A stretch of DNA of 9,812 nucleotides from Octopus sinensis (taxonomy: Eukaryota): positions 1 to 9,812 of the forward strand of contig NW_021827758.1 of the NCBI RefSeq assembly GCF_006345805.1. Direction: 5' to 3'. A program made the translations under genes and the position numbers. This document shows positions 9,154 to 9,812 of this stretch, piece by piece. The notes beneath the pieces are model-generated. The model had not been told where the DNA came from. It searched no databases and was given only the letters and a program-made list of their open reading frames with translations. Numbering within the stretch: position 1 is the stretch's first letter; the number at the start of each line of letters is the position of its first letter.

Positions 9154-9274
9154 TTTCGGGGTCGATTGAATAAGTACCAGTTACGCACTGGGGTCGATAT
9201 AATCGACTTAATCCGTTTGTCTGTCCTTGTTTGTCCTCTCTGTGTTTAGCCCCTTGTGGGTAGTAAAGAAATAG
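9154..9274 (+). mobile_element. Probable 3' fragment of a further SINE-like repeat
   Basis: Contains gaataagtac...ctggggtcgat-N4-tcgact, also present in 6117-6206 (minus). It ends aaagaaatag and runs into a (GTA)n tail. Confidence 0.6.
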
Positions 9275-9321
<47 letters not shown>

Positions 9322-9339
9322 GGTGGTGGTGGTGGTGGT

Positions 9340-9387
<48 letters not shown>
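9275..9387. repeat. Compound microsatellite (GTA)12-(GTG)~13-(GTA)~13
   Basis: Direct reading; it accounts for the poly-L/H/Y and poly-T/P/L ORFs. Confidence 0.97.
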
Positions 9388-9523
9388 TGACTGACTTGAA
9401 GAAAAACATCAAACGGTATCGGTCGGTTTCCCATGTCGGTGCAGTCGGAAGAAGAATCGATATGCTATCGATTAATCTTTTATCGAAAGCAATAAATCTC
9501 ACAATATATCATGGATATTTATG

Positions 9524-9574
9524 ACAACGACAACAACAATAACAACAACAACAACAACAACAAGTAATAATAAC
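9524..9574. repeat. (CAA)n/(TAA)n microsatellite
   Basis: Direct reading. Confidence 0.93.
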
Positions 9575-9812
9575 GGCCGATTCCCTCACGTATCGACAGA
9601 CAAAAGAACCGAGGAATTTAAGGTTTGATTCGCAGAATGAAATCCAGAGTCATTCCGGTGCAATACGTGTTTGCTGCAAATTTGTAAACAAAGACGGTAT
9701 TTGTCAATATTTGCACCGATTATGAAGTACAGAGGGGGCAGCCAGTGCCGCGATGTCACCGAGGTGACCATATCAGAATGGCACTTCATGTCATTTAGAT
9801 GTGGCCACCGGT

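Noticed and set aside
8780-9502. 240-aa minus-strand ORF, the longest in the track
   Set aside because: It is made of (GTA)/(GTG)/(CA) repeats plus antisense SINE sequence, with a TTG-type start and homopolymeric amino-acid runs.
9755-9770. Estrogen-response-like element
   Set aside because: The half-site spacing is 6 rather than 3 and one half-site is mismatched.
1-9812. Prokaryotic operon, CRISPR array or defence system
   Set aside because: There is no gene-dense coding, no repeat-spacer array and no recognisable prokaryotic protein; the content is typical of animal intergenic or intronic DNA.

Overview
Eukaryotic, AT-rich, repeat-dense non-coding DNA with no credible host protein-coding gene, RNA gene or CRISPR array. 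Most ORFs in the supplied track are translations of microsatellites. The main structure is a decayed mariner (Tc1/mariner, DD34D-type) transposon on the minus strand (~2600-4188). It is interrupted inside its transposase N-terminus by a 431-bp non-autonomous TIR element (3510-3940) with GGATC termini, an 8-bp target-site duplication and internal CCCTAA-like repeats. The window also holds a probable non-autonomous Helitron (300-685, minus), a 211-bp near-perfect palindrome (770-980), five tRNA-derived SINE copies or fragments (6117-9274) and many microsatellites. The SINEs and microsatellite load resemble what I recall of octopus genomes, but that attribution is unverified. I found no evidence for a new biological system; the best leads are transposon-level observations.
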